The notes beneath the pieces are model-generated. The model saw nothing but the letters and a program-made list of their open reading frames with translations. It did not search any database and was not told where the DNA came from. The translations under genes and the position numbers were made by a program. Below, one piece after another: positions 16,407-30,418 of a stretch of 64,000 nt of DNA (position 1 is the stretch's first letter; each line of letters begins with the position of its first letter). The stretch comes from Eledone cirrhosa (lineage: Eukaryota), in the NCBI GenBank assembly GCA_964016885.1, contig OZ024741.1, positions 88,288,001 to 88,352,000 of the forward strand, written 5' to 3'.

Positions 16407-19326
16407 TTAATTCATTTTACATTTATCTGCATCTAGTCATTGCCTCACACCCAATGATAATAATAACAATGATTTCTTTATTAGTCACAAATAGCTGACA
16501 CGGAGAAAAGATTAAGGACAGCATAGTACAACACAACGTCAACTTTGCTTTTCATCCTTAATAATAATTTTTTCTTTCTATCATTGGTAGAAGGCCAATA
16601 ATTCAGAAGGACGATAAAGTTGATTATATCAATTCCAGTACTTAACTGGTACTTGATTTTATTTTATCTACCATTTTTGCCAACTTACCTATGAACCAAC
16701 AAAGAAGCTTCTATGATGTCAATTGACCTGTTAGAAATATCAGCCATATAACTTCCTCAAATCACACCCTACACTGTTATATATGTATGGCACCGTAACA
16801 CTTAGTGGAGTCATAATGGTACTGGCATGACATTTTAAACCTAGCAGAACCCATCTCCAGATCTGAATATAAGTGATTTCTTCCAGGGAAAGAAGAGAAG
16901 TGAGAAAGATAGAGGAAGAATCAACCTAAAAAAGGTGAATGACAAAAGTTGGCCATGACAGGATTTGAACTCAGAGAACACAGAGCTGGAAAGCATTCTA
17001 TCCAATAGTCAAATGACTGCCAATTTCCTGCCTCTCTACAGTCTAAAAAATGGAATATTAGATAATGTAGTAGTGGATACTATCTGGCTGTTTTTTACCA
17101 TTTAGTCAGGAAAAAGACTGTGGTACCAATAATCCTATATTTTTTCAGGGTCTTCAAAATTGGTAGGAGGAAGTTATTGACAAACCAAAGATTTAGCTTG
17201 AATGCTTGCATCAGTATGAACTCTAATAAAAGCAGTAGGGGACCAAGTGATGATGTTAAACTAAGCAACAGATTAAGTCTTGTCAACCAAGAATTCAAAA
17301 CACAAACAGCTAAAATAAATAGCCAAGGCACCCAATACAATGCTTTAACAATTCAAATAAGATTTGGAATGGTACTTTATTTTATTGATTCTGAAAGGAC
17401 GAAAGGTAAAGTTGACCTTGGTGGGATTTTAACTCAAGATGCAAAAAGCCAGAACAAATATCGCAAGTCATTTTTTCCTTTGCTCTAATGACATTGAAAA
17501 AAAGTCGCAAGCTAAAAAACAAAAACAAAAAAAAAGAAACCATGATCACAGCCGAAATATGTTTGATTATAGGTTTTTTAATCAAAGCCTTACTTTAGGG
17601 CTAACACAACACTTAAGTTCTTTCCAATGATAATCTTTTTTCTTGAACTAGGCAACCAGGTCAAATTCTTTCGTGTAGGGCTGTAGTTGGTTAAACTCAC
17701 CTAGTACTGATTTACTCACCTTATTATGGGTACTTATTTTAGCTACTCCAGTAGGAAGAATAGTTAATACTGAAAGGACTTTGACACTTGGCCTCACATT
17801 TTAGGTGAAATGGTGTAACAGTTGATTAAACACTGCAATACATCACTGAAACATATTGAAAATCAGTCACCCATAGCAGGGGACTTTCTCAGGATAGCAT
17901 AAACAAGGTGGGCAGCTAAAAAATATGGTTTAATATGATTAAGCCAGATTTTGAATCGATATCTGGTCCTCGTATGTATGGTATTCACTGTTGGAATCAT
18001 GACTGGTTGTTGATCTCTATGTTGAACATCTGTGATACTATGGGTTTACAGACTGGAGCTGGTTTGACCCATCTCAATTGAATGCTAACACAAGTACAAT
18101 TACAAGAATTTGACTGGTATTTTATTTTATTAATCTCAGAATGAAGAAGGACAAAGTTACTTTAGGTGGGAATTAAATGGTATAGCAAAAGTAAATTTAC
18201 CAGTGGAACAAACAGAGATGATCAATACTCACAGAAGTTACTTGTTCCAATTGGTAATGGAGAAAGTGAGAATTTGATATTGGACATTGCACTCCATAGT
18301 GTAATCAACGATATGGTCACCTGATCCGCAACAGATACATGGTAACAGGTGATTATTATGTATATCATTTATATTTTTAAAAACACCTAGCAGTTAATTC
18401 ACAAAGCCAGAATTTCTTTATAAAGCAAACAAAAGTTAAACAAAAATTACACATCAATATTAAATAAAGAAGAAAACAAATATGTAAATACATCATTGTA
18501 TTTTTCAGTTGAGAAGGATGTCACTTAATACACAAGGATAATCTTTGACTTAGCTCTTAAATACATTATAGTAGAGTGATATCACCCTATAAACATATAC
18601 TTTGCTAATAATATTTAACTTAGCTCATAAATACATCATAGCTGAGAGTGCCATCACCATATACATCCATGCTAATGACTTGTCTTAGCACATAAATACA
18701 TCATAGTTGAGAGTGCTGTCACCTTATATACACATATACACAAGGATAATATTTGACATAGCTCAAATCTGTTATTTGGTTACCTGAATTTGTGTTTTGA
18801 GATTAGATTCATTCTTGAAGATCGGTTTGGGGGTAGTTTTGGAAATATTTTTTTCATAAAACAAGATTCGACTAATTTTTAATGTGACTGTAGTGGTAGT
18901 GGTTTTAAATTTATTAAAGAATTTAGGTTACATCTTTTGTATAATAATAATCGATTAGGTTGGAGGAAATTGTTGAGTTAAAAAATTAGCATCGAGTATT
19001 TCATAATTTTGTTGAATAAATCCTGTAACAAGTTGGTCAATTTATAAAAAGCTTGCCTATGTAGATAGACTCAAACGATTATATCTATAAATATGTGTGC
19101 GTGTGTGTGTATATATATATATATAAATATATATATACATACAAACATAATGCATACACCTGCTGGTTTTAATGAATGGGAGACAAAGTATTCAATACCA
19201 TAGTGGAGTGGAGTATTTTATTATTTAGAGTGATCTAGTAGCCTATTATTTGGAGTTTACATGACATGCAGCTGGTTTCTCAGACAGGAAGAACTGGATC
19301 ATTTTAAATGATAATAATATACCTAA

Positions 19327-19378
<52 letters not shown>

Positions 19379-19461
19379 TGAAATCTCTGCTTTCACCCTT
19401 TATATATAAAATGTTATCGAGTCCTCTCGGGATTTTGGTCCTTTGAACTTGAACTTATGTG

Positions 19462-19493
<32 letters not shown>

Positions 19494-19559
19494 AGTTCAA
19501 TGTATATATATATATATATATATATATACAAATTCAATGTATATATATGTATATACACC

Positions 19560-19865
19560 ACCCCGTCCTATGTAAAGTTATGTTGGTGCCACAACATCCA
19601 GGCCGAAACAAATGAGATTGTGTAGGTGTTACAACAAAAAAAAACACAGTCCATGCTGTAATGTGGCCGTGTAGGCAACACGGTAAAAACCTCCCAGCCC
19701 CACACTGTAAATGTGGTTGGTGTTAGGAAGGGCATCCAGCTGTAGAAAACCCGCCAGACAGTCCTATGCGAGCAAGACAATCACTCTTGCCTCAAGTGGG
19801 ACTACCCCCGTCCAAACCCATGCAAGCGTGGAACACGGACGTTAAACGTTGATGATGATGATGAT
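19560..19865 (+). mobile_element. 3' UTR fragment of the RTE LINE family with (GAT)n tail
   Basis: Near-identical to 44523-44800 (reverse), 50445-50750 and 52800-53370. Confidence 0.8.
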
Positions 19866-19951
19866 ATATAAACATTCACGTATACATACACACACACGTA
19901 TATGTATACATACATGTATATATATATAGATACATATAGATACATATGATT

Positions 19952-19982
<31 letters not shown>

Positions 19983-21470
19983 CACATACACAGATGAGAG
20001 ATAGAATAATACATACATACAAACATTTCAAGTGGACATTGAATGTCACATAATGGTAATTTTAAATTCCTAAACATGAAATGTAAATATAATCTTAGTC
20101 TTTTAGTATTGAGTTCTCTCCTTTGTTTGTACAACCTAAATTAAACACAGCTGTTACTCTAAAACATATATATATATATATACACGTTTTATATACAAGG
20201 TCATTATAAAATGCCTTTGCAATTTTAAATTTATTTAAGTTTACTTCTATGTAGAATAAAATTGTGAAGGTGTGTAGTTGTTAAGGATGTTTAACTCAGG
20301 ATTGTAAGGTTGTGAGTTCGATTCACAGTGGCATGTTGTGGTCTTGATCAAGACACTTTATTTTGCATTGCTCCAGTTAACACACCTGGCAAAAATGTGT
20401 TGTATATGTAATTTCAAAGGCTAGTCATGTCACACACTGTGTCAAGCTGAATTCACTCGATAATTGTATTAAGAGTTTGTGTGCTATGGAATGCTCAGTC
20501 ACTGGCATGTTAATTTCCTGAGCAGACTATGTCATTGATCAAATCAACTGAAACACTTGTCGTTGGAACCAAAAGAAGTCCAACAACAACATATGGTAGA
20601 ATTAATCTGTGAAAAGGATAACTGAAAGACTTTAATTCATTTTTAAATAGATTTATTCTTGTTAATACGATTTCTAATTTTGAACATGTCCACCGTCATT
20701 TATCATCATCATCATCCTTTTTACATCTACTTTTCTAGTTGGATGGAGTGTCATGGTCTGAGATATGAAGGGTTGAAGCAAGCAGTCTTACTTCTTATGT
20801 TACATATTTGCATGGGTTTTATGGCTGGATGCCCTATCTAACACCAACCACCTTACAAGATGTGGTAGATCCTTTTTTTTGTGGCACCAACACTGCCACA
20901 TTACAGAGTGGATTGACTGCATTTTATCATGGTACCAACACTAACATTTTACAATGTAGACTGGTGCATTTTATCATAGTACCAACACAACACATTATAG
21001 GGTGGACTGAATGTATTTTATTGTGGTACCAACACAGAAAATATAATGTGATCCTGAAGTTCTATAAATACAAGGATAAGTGATTTCCAGTTGTACCCTA
21101 AATCACATTAGATATCTAAGTCCACAAGTCATTTACAACTGAAGTTTAGTTGAATATACAGTGGCCTTTATATGTAACTATAAAATAAAATTGAAGTAAT
21201 TATCTATTTTTTTAAGAATTATAATAATTTTTTTAATCACAATAAAATCAATGCATTATACTTCTAAATGTTCGTTATAGATTAATTTAATCACATAAAA
21301 ATTAAAGATTTAAAATTGCACACAGACTTTATATTGACCCAGTATATATGTAACATATGTGTGTATGTGTGTATAATATGTGTGTCTGTGTGTGTGAATG
21401 AGTCCTGGGTTCAATCAGGGGTAACCACAGTAAGTAAGGTACTCAATACATTAGTAGAGTGTATACAATA

Positions 21471-21578
21471 AATTTAATATAGAAATGACTTCTACAGGAC
21501 TAGAACTGTTTCATTCGAAGGAAATCATTCTTCGAATAAAACAGTTCTAGTCTTGTAGAAGCTATTTCTATATTAAAT
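21471..21578. repeat. Foldback palindrome with about 50-bp arms next to a (TA)n/(TATG)n tract
   Basis: atttaatatagaaat..ctacaggactagaactgttt pairs with aaacagttctagtcttgtag..atttctatattaaat. Confidence 0.85.
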
Positions 21579-21579
21579 A

Positions 21580-21615
<36 letters not shown>

Positions 21616-21807
21616 TGTATGTATGTATGTGTGTATGTGTAAAGAATTGAAATGGAGGTATCATTTAAGTCATATATATATTAAGATATGGATAAACTCA
21701 ATGTATTATAATTATCAGCAATCAAGCAAGTTAAACTAATCCATGGTAGTGGTATATAGTGTAAGGTCAGAATAATTGAAGATATAGTGTTATAGAGCAT
21801 AATATCA

Positions 21808-21954
21808 GGTTTAGAGCGAGTCAACCAAGGATATTGATTAATTAAAAAACATTTATATTATGACAATTGTTTCTATTAATGCAGATAAATATACAACTAA
21901 TTGTATATTTATCTGCATTAATAAAATCAATTTTTGGTTGACTATCTCTAAACC
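21808..21954. repeat. Foldback palindrome ending in (TA)n
   Basis: Perfect core tattaatgcagataaatatacaa / ttgtatatttatctgcattaata, plus outer arms ggtttagag..gtcaaccaa / ttggttgac..ctctaaacc. Confidence 0.85.
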
Positions 21955-22054
21955 ATATATATATATATATTGGTTTCTGGCTCCCGGTTATTGTAGCAGT
22001 CCACAAATGAGGGAGAACTCCATATTAAAACAGAGTATACTATAAATAGATTTA

Positions 22055-22106
<52 letters not shown>

Positions 22107-22111
<5 letters not shown>

Positions 22112-22238
22112 TCTTATAGCATAGCCATAATGTTTCAGCAAAGTATGTATTTGCTAAGCTTCATCATAAATATACTATGATGAAGCTTAAGTTACAATTG
22201 CTTCACTGAAACATTATAACTATGTTGTAAGAATATGA
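22107..22238. repeat. Foldback palindrome in (TA)n
   Basis: catattctta..ataatgtttcag..aagcttcatcata pairs with tatgatgaagctt..ctgaaacattat..taagaatatg. Confidence 0.8.
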
Positions 22239-23054
22239 ATAAATATATTTACTATTTATATATGTGTGTATGTATATAAAATCCATGCTAGCATGGAAAA
22301 ACGGATATGCAATGATGATGACGATTACACACATATATATAATTAACCAACTGACCATTGGGTATATTTTAAATCTCTATGTGTGTCAGTGGAAACCAAG
22401 GTTGTGTGTGATATAAATATATATTTTATATAGGGGAAACAAGTAGTTGAATAGCTGAGTGTAATCAGTGGGAGAGAGAGAGCAAGATACTTTTTGTTGA
22501 TTTTCTCTTATATCAGAGCTTGTATCAGCTATGTGTATGTGGGTAAGTGGTTTACTAAATAAGGGCAAACACATAGACAGATAAGACAAGCTGAGAGACT
22601 AGTTGTTGTGTAGGTTTTTACAATAACAAATATTTATGTTGGGTAATTATTAAGATACTAATGTATCTTTACTAATTACTAAGATATGAATATCTCAACA
22701 CTGACCCAATGTAATTGTGATTGCAACAGTAACAAAATTTTTAAAAATTATACACCCATCTTTAATATCTCAGAACCTCTTGCACATATATGTGAGTGTA
22801 TGAGGTAATGTGTATTTATATGGAGATATAGATTGTCAGATTTATAAAAAAGAAAATAATTTGAAGTAGTGATCTTTGTTTTTCCTAACAGGATTAAAGC
22901 ATAGGTGTTGCAAACTTAGAATGAAAACTGAATAATTAGAAGTGTGTATGTGTGTTTCTGTTTGCGTGTACAAATTTTGACTGGATTCCAATTATCATGA
23001 CGTTTATCTTTTAGAGTACGTAGTGTTCTACAGACTTTTCATCAACTTATTATT

Positions 23055-23250
23055 AATAATTGTTTCTACTTTTGGCACAAGACCAGCAGTTATCTCAGTG
23101 CATTACTGGTGCTTTATTTTATCGACCCCGTAAGGATGAAAGGCAAAGTTAACTTCGGCAGGATTCGAACTCAGACCGTAAAGGGGCGTAACTTTATGCT
23201 GCAAAGTATGGCATCCGACCCTCTACTGATACTGCCAATCCGCCGCCTAA
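23055..23250 (-). mobile_element. tRNA-derived SINE (family 1)
   Basis: B-box GAGTTCGAATCC, conserved gcctttcatccttacggggtcgataaaata core and (ATT)n tail. Further copies near 25770-25980, 31520-31710, 34210-34370, 35787-35995, 36051-36250, 37910-38040 and 63247-63460. Confidence 0.8.
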
Positions 23251-23706
23251 TTTATTATTAATAACAAACATATAGATGTGTAGAAGAACAAAATTGATTA
23301 TATTACACATATTGGATTGTATCTACATCACTATATCTCAGGCATATATTTTAAGAAATCTGGAATGAGAAGCAGCAAAGTCAACCCACCACCTCCAATA
23401 ATATCGAAACTCAAAAATATAAATGGACATAACTAAATATCATAAGTTTGTCACTCTACCACCTTTGTCATTCCACTGGAGATATTAACAGCAGTGATAG
23501 TAACATGGTGATAGAGAGATGGAGAGGAATATATATATACTATCTTACGTATACAAGTATACTATGGGTGGTAGGTGTACTATGGTATACTATGCTATAT
23601 ACTATGGCAGAAATAGACACTAACAATACAGTACTATGTCTTCAACCACACAACACTGGTGAATTCTTGTTTGTTTTGACTGCTATGATGCGCACACATT
23701 GTGCAT

Positions 23707-23747
<41 letters not shown>

Positions 23748-24001
23748 GTGTGCACATGCGTTCGTGTGTGTGTGTGTACAGTATGAGTTATATGCACTTA
23801 TACACAAACAGATAACATGTTAAGGTTAAGAAAGAGATAGATGAGAGTGAGGAATACAAGGTGGAAAAGTGAGAGTACATGGGTATATAACATCTATGTA
23901 TCTACTCCCACATCATACACCCACCATTTCATAGTCAAACAGCAGGAAAAAAAACAAAACAAATCAAATCCAACAAACAAAAATATGCAAATATGACTTA
24001 A

Positions 24002-24257
24002 CCCTTTTGATACCAAACCACCTGAAACCACAATTGATTCTATGATACAAAGCTGTTTATTTTTAAATGTCCATATTTATCTAAAAAATTCCCGCCATAA
24101 TTTTATGCAAGAACATTTGTTATATTATGTTCCAAATACCAGCTTAATAATGAGAAAGTTAGTTATATTACTAAAGCCCTCCAAATTCTTGATTCTTTTC
24201 AACATTATTTGAAAATTATAGGCAGTGTCTTTCATTAGAAATATGGTAATAAAAGGG
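24002..24257. mobile_element. piggyBac-type MITE (family A)
   Basis: TTAA|CCCTTTTGATACC...GGTAATAAAAGGG|TTAA. Confidence 0.8.
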
Positions 24258-24702
24258 TTAACACATCCATGCTGAATTAGCCTTTGTCTATATGTTTGTT
24301 TGTTTTTAAAATTCTTATTGTTTTGTTTTCTTCTGTTGTTTTGTATTTTGGAAGGATGGGTGGGTCTATCAAATGTGATTATCTCCATCCATCCCCCTAT
24401 TGTTTGTTGTGAGGTGAGCAAGACAATTGTCATTATATAAGGTTATATAGAGTTTATTCCTTAATTTTCGTTTTTTTTCACTGCTTTTTGTTTTTGTTTT
24501 GATTTGTTTTTTAATAAAAGTTTATTTATTTATGCTTAGGTTGATTTATTTATTCCTTTTAATATATCAAGTAGAATATACCATGTATGTGTACCAAATG
24601 TACCGGCACAACCAAAACATAGTAACACCATTATGTTTTACTTTGGTAAAATTACAGAATGCAAAGAACACAGTCCAGATTTTTTCACATCTCTTTCTTT
24701 TC

Positions 24703-24734
<32 letters not shown>

Positions 24735-25084
24735 GCGTTGTAACAAACCATCACCCACACCAGGTCCCTGGTTGACACACAGTGGGATGTATGTGAATGT
24801 ACAGATATCCAAGGAAAAAAAATAATAATAAAATAATAATAATAATAACCCTTTGCCTCAGGTGTCAAAATATGGGAAAGAAGCAGAATTCAAATGAAGT
24901 TTCAAATAATAATAATAATAATAAATAAATAAATAATTTTCTACAGTTATATGTATAATATAACTGTTAAGACTTTTATGATAAAATTAAATAATACATT
25001 TATTTTCAAGTGAAAAATACGACAGGAAAAAATGTGACGGTACCGTCTGTGGGAATCGAATCTGCTGCCATATTTTTCACTTGT

Positions 25085-25187
25085 ATGTGTGTATATATAT
25101 ATATATATAATATACATACATATATGTGTATATATAATATACATACATATGTGTGTATATAATATACAAACATATATGTGTATATAC

Positions 25188-25256
<69 letters not shown>

Positions 25257-25402
25257 TGTATATATATATACATATATAAATATTTACATATATGTATATA
25301 TAGACATATATGTATATATATATATACATGTATGTATATATATATATGTATATATATATATATAATATATATATGAGTATATATAATATACATACATATA
25401 CA

Positions 25403-25447
<45 letters not shown>
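25085..25447. repeat. (TA)n-rich microsatellite
   Basis: Directly visible. Confidence 0.95.
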
Positions 25448-25978
25448 TTCTTATTTCACTTCCTCATAAAGTTGTTCCTTTTCTTCTTATTCTTATTTTC
25501 TTATTTTTATTCTTCATATTATTATTCAACATCATCATCCAGTATACGCTTGAATGGTTATCCACGGTTTGTTTGGTTTATTTTTGAGGTTATATCTTTA
25601 ACCCTCTGCAAAAGGGACAAACTCGTAGCTCCCAGAAATGGTGAAAGTTTTACATCATCATTTAACAAAAATGTTGAAGATTCATTGATGGTAATGATGA
25701 TCATATTGATGGTGATGACAATGATGATGATGACAATGATAGTGCTGGTGATGATGATAATAACAGTTTCTAAAATAGGCACAAGCCAAAAATTGTTGAG
25801 GAAGGGTAAAGTTGATTGTATCAACCCAGTACTTGACTGGTACTTTATTTTATCGATCCCAAAAGGATGAAAGGCAAAGTTGAACCTGGTGGTATATGAA
25901 CTCAGAATGTTATAAAGCCAGAACAAATACTGTCAAGCATTTGTCTGATGCTGTAATGATTCTGCCAACCCACCACCC

Positions 25979-26016
<38 letters not shown>

Positions 26017-26276
26017 TAAATAACAATAACAATAATGATAGGAAATTATAAAAATCTCAGTGTTTTAGCTACATAAAACAATTCAAGTTAAATATTTGGT
26101 TTAAAAAATAGAAATAGAAAGAAAGAAAAAAAAAAGAAAAAAAAAGAGAGAAATAAGAGAGATAATTATTAAAAAAGAGAAACAGATGTTGCAGTTAAAA
26201 GTTGTGTTCTGAAGAATTGAGGGTATCTCCATTCTCTTAATCTTCCATCAACTACCATGATCTTCTTTAAAGTCTC

Positions 26277-26489
26277 TTAAGCATTTGTTTCGTTGTTCTC
26301 TAGTTCATGTAGCTGGGTACAATTGTCTGTTGGCTGGTCTACTATTTGAGGTTTGGTGCTTGACTCAACTTCTATATTGCTGGCCTCATTTTTTGATTCA
26401 GCTTTGGCGCTTTCGCCTTTAGTTTCTAAAAATTTAGCAATGAAATCATAACCTGCTTCTGAGGATAACTCAGCAGCTGTTTGATCTTC
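26277..26489 (-). CDS. ANKRD29: ANKRD29-like terminal coding exon (EDQTAAELSSEAGYDFIAKFLE...ENNETNA*)
   Basis: Acceptor cattacAG, 70 codons plus TAA at 26279-26277. Capping ankyrin-like segment followed by an acidic tail. Confidence 0.85.
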   Translation of the reverse strand, partial: EDQTAAELSSEAGYDFIAKFLETKGESAKAESKNEASNIEVESSTKPQIVDQPTDNCTQLHELENNETNA

Positions 26490-27249
26490 CTGTAATGAGA
26501 GAAGGAAGGAATAATTTTTGTATGGAAGCATTCATTTTAGCTATATAAAACAAGCAAAAACTGTTAACTTTACTTTATATTTATCATATCTTTCTTGGTG
26601 TCAAAATGTTCATTGCACTGTCTGCGAAAAGGTAACTGACATTCCCCTGCTGTAATACACTTACTCCATTATAGTCTTACTTCAGTATATTGTTAATAAA
26701 ATTTTACTGTTGAGACTAACTGAATATTTTTTTCCCTCAATATGTGATCAACATTTCAGGCAAAGAAAATTCATTATGTGGGAAATAAACTATTTTTGCC
26801 AGAAGGTAGTTTCAGCATATGATGTATCAAGTCTGAAGTGATAATTTCATTTTCATGAAAGCAATTTCTTATCACTTCAGAAATTACATAATTCAGAAAT
26901 GCCATCCATATCAAACAAAAAATAATAGTTAATGGGAGCATTAAATAGCTAACTAGAAATAAATAGTCATGAAAAAAAAAATGATATTTGTTAATATCAA
27001 ACATTATTTTCATTTTCTCATCAAATATGGGGGAAATATTTCAGTCTTATTCTGACCTCATTAGTGAACCATAGATTTCATTGTACTTGTTGTAATGATT
27101 AGAGAAATCACTAAGTAAATGTACAAGGCTGTCGTGTAGAAAAATAAAATTGTTTAAAGATTAAATAATTCAAAGATGCGATATGCATGACATGACAAGC
27201 TCCCTATTGTTGAAGCCACGACAAAATACACCCAAAATACACTCTAAAA

Positions 27250-27555
27250 CAGTGGTTCTCAAACTATTTTTACACACGGCACATTTTTGAAAATGTAAAA
27301 ATATGCTGGTGCACATTCGAAAATTTATTCAAAAGAATTTCTCATACGCATAAGCATAACGGAATTAAAAGATTCTAGGCCCATTTCCCCACTGACCAGC
27401 TCCTCCATGACTAAACTTTACTTGTTTTCCATTTTGACAGCTATATATGAACATCATACGAATTTCAGTTTGTATTTTTCACATCTTAAAACTTAATCTT
27501 AGTCTTTTATGGTGGATCTAGTTACATCTCATGGCACACGGTTTGGGAACCACTG
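27250..27555. mobile_element. hAT (Charlie-like) MITE
   Basis: TIRs CAGTGGTTCTCAAAC / GTTTGGGAACCACTG. Inverted homolog at 32430-33312. Confidence 0.8.
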
Positions 27556-27662
27556 GCTTAGAGAGTAATGGGCTATCTGGCTTATCAACAATAGCTAAAG
27601 ATAGGAGTGTTCAGTGGTCCTCTCTATAACACAATGATTGAAGAGGATACAACAGAGCTTAC

Positions 27663-27761
27663 CTTATTCCTTATGGTTATATCTACACCATGTTCAACCA
27701 ACCGTTTCACAACCTTCAGGTGACCAAATAAAGCAGCAGCATGGAGCACAGTTTCACCATT
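27663..27761 (-). CDS. ANKRD29: ANKRD29-like exon (NGETVLHAAALFGHLKVVKRLVEHGVDITIRNK)
   Basis: 99 bp, TAG acceptor, donor GTAAG. Translated by hand. Confidence 0.92.
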
Positions 27762-28482
27762 CTACAGTGAAAACAGAATAACATGAGGAGGAAGTAATCA
27801 GAATAAGGGTATGGCTGGTAGCAGTAGCAGTAGTAGTATACTAGACTCAGTAGAACAGTGGAGAAAATATTTTATGGTATTTAGTTATGTTTTACAGTCA
27901 AATTCTGCCCAGGTCAATTTTGTCTTTCACCCATCCAACGTTGATAAAAATAAGTACTGGGACTCAATATAAAAGGTATGTATTAGCATGGCCACAGCTT
28001 GATGTAAAAGAATATAATAATGAAATTATTGTGTACAGTGCTCAGGTTTTTGAAATAAACAGGGACCAATGTTATATATTTCATCACTCTCTAAAGTTAT
28101 TTTACAAAAGAAGCTTGGTGGATGAAGAAATCTATCTTCAACCTCTACTTCTTGTTTTTGTTAGTCAGAGAATAATCTAGATTGTTAACCATTTCCTTAC
28201 CATATTTCTCACAAAAATCATTGCGTATAGTTATTAAACAATTCAGAAAATAATCAAGAATTTTAAAATATTTAATAATATAACAAGCTTCCTCATTAAG
28301 ATGGTCTTTAAAACCAAACTTACAGGTTTTCATATAAGTATAAACATTTTAAAACAAACAGTTTTGTATCATAGAACCAAGAATAGTTTCAGTTGGTTTT
28401 GTATCAATAGGGTTAAAATGGAATAGAGAAACATAAAAAAGTACTACAGCAATATTGAGAGATACAGTGAGTTGAAACTTAC

Positions 28483-28578
28483 TGGTAAAAGTCCAAGGTT
28501 AGAATTATGCTTTAGTAATTCTTCAATAACATCAAGGTGACCTTTATGGCAGGCCTTAAACAGTGGGGTTGCCCCATC
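28483..28578 (-). CDS. ANKRD29: ANKRD29-like exon (DGATPLFKACHKGHLDVIEELLKHNSNLGLLP)
   Basis: 96 bp, acceptor tttcAG, donor GTAAGT. Translated by hand; not in the supplied ORF track in this frame. Confidence 0.92.
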
Positions 28579-28764
28579 CTGAAAATATAAGCAGTTTTAT
28601 TATTAGTGAAGTCATAGTGTTCAGTAACTAGAGTGTAGAGGTACAATAGCTTTGAGGTTAAACCTTTTACAACCACATTCTTAATGGAATACACCCTATT
28701 TCAATTAATTAAAGAATTTAAAGGAATTTACTAAAATTATTAATTATGTAAGTGGAGTTGTAGC

Positions 28765-28925
28765 TGGCTTCAATTCGATTTTCATGCCAACCCTTACCTA
28801 TGGTCATGAATCTTGGGTAATGACCAAAAGAATACGATAGTGAATACAAGCAGCTGAAATGGGATTCCTCCAAAGAGTCTTTGGAGTAACGTTACTCAAT
28901 AAAGCTCAGAGATCAGAGAGTCGGC
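28765..28925 (+). mobile_element. Short RTE-type LINE fragment
   Basis: Translates to IFMPTLTYGHESWVMTKRIR*..IQAAEMGFLQRVFGVTL. Confidence 0.65.
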
Positions 28926-29274
28926 CGAGGTAGATCCACTAGTCCAAATGAGTTATTTCCCTTATAGTAATATTTACTTTGCATTTTTTTTTTGCATCTT
29001 ATGAAAATGAGGGAATTAAGTGTCAGACAAATTACTAGGGTTGATATAATTGACAAAATCCCTTGAAGGCAGTGTCCAATATGGCCACAATCCAACGACT
29101 GTTACCAGCAAACTAATAAAAGACTATATATATATATACGTGGTGTTTTATATATGTGCACAAGTACACATGCAGAGAGAGAGAGAGAGAACTATTTTCA
29201 CTATAACATAAATGAACCATCATTGAGACAATAACTATCAGTTTGTTCAAAATGAATAGTACAGTCTTCTTTAC

Positions 29275-29373
29275 CTCTCGAGTAGAATCAATTTCTGCTC
29301 CATGATCAAGAAGTTCTCGGGCAATCAATGCATGTCCCATCTGAGATGCAATCCATAATGGACTGGCTTGGTC
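29275..29373 (-). CDS. ANKRD29: ANKRD29-like exon (DQASPLWIASQMGHALIARELLDHGAEIDSTRE)
   Basis: 99 bp, polypyrimidine tract plus TAG acceptor, donor GTAAA. PLWIASQMGH matches the ANKRD29 motif as I recall it. Confidence 0.93.
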
Positions 29374-30220
29374 CTAAAAAAGAAAAAAGAAAACAAAAAT
29401 AATTGTTTCTTACACAACCAAGAAGAAAACGAACCAGTTGATGCACATATCTATTTCATATACACAAGTGGAGAGATGCTGTGCTGAATAGCACCCATCC
29501 CACCCTTGCAAGCAGGGAAAAGTGGACGTAAAATGATGATGATGCCACATCAAGCCTTTTAAGGTCATCTTCAGGCCGCATGACATTTTTCCCTATTGTC
29601 TGCATCACTCATCACCTACTCCACTAGCTTTCATTTCCTCCTCTATCATCTTTACGTAGTCATGTCTTTCTTATTTTTCGCCTTCCACATACATTTCCCT
29701 CACCCAGTCTCTTTTAACCTTCCTCAACACATGACACATTTCTCTTCACAACATTCATCATTGTTTCTACTCTCATTCATTGTTTGTCTTTCTCTCTCTC
29801 TTTGTCTTTCCACTCTTCCATTGGACCATTCTCATTTCCATTCTTTCCAGCCTTCTCTGCTGCTCCAAATTCATCAACCATTCTGTATATACACAATCAT
29901 ACTCAATCATACATATTTTGGTTATAGTCTTGTAACATTTTCTGTGATGCAACATAAAGAAGCCAAAGTTTTGACTTTTCCTTCAAGGTTAAGAAGTATT
30001 TAAAGCCCAGAGTATATGTTGTCTCTATAATGTCTTAGGTAGCGAAGTGGAAGAATCATTAGAACATTGAATAGAATGGTTTGCAATACAAATACAACTG
30101 TGTAGTATTTGCTCGGCTACAATTTCACAGATAATTCCTCATCATTTTACCATTGCAGTGAACTAGTACAACAATGCTATTGTCCACAAAATATGATATA
30201 AAATGTAATAAAATAAATAC

Positions 30221-30418
30221 CTTTCGTTTTATATTTACATCAGCTCCTTTTGATAACAAATATTTCAACATTTTTACATGACCATTTTGAGCAGCTATAA
30301 ATAAAGAGGTTGCACCATCAACCATCTGTGCATGGATATCAGCTCCTCTCAATAATAATTCTTCAACAACATCTAAGTGGTTACATTGGCAAGCAACAAA
30401 TAGAGGAGTACCGCCATC
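30221..30418 (-). CDS. ANKRD29: ANKRD29-like exon, two ankyrin repeats (DGGTPLFVACQCNHLDVVEELLLRGADIHAQMVDGATSLFIAAQNGHVKMLKYLLSKGADVNIKRK)
   Basis: 198 bp, acceptor ttcAG, donor GTATT, open frame in phase 0. Confidence 0.92.

Noticed and set aside
18770-19080. Unique-looking segment that might be a decayed coding remnant
   Set aside because: Multiple stops in the frames examined and no recognisable motif.
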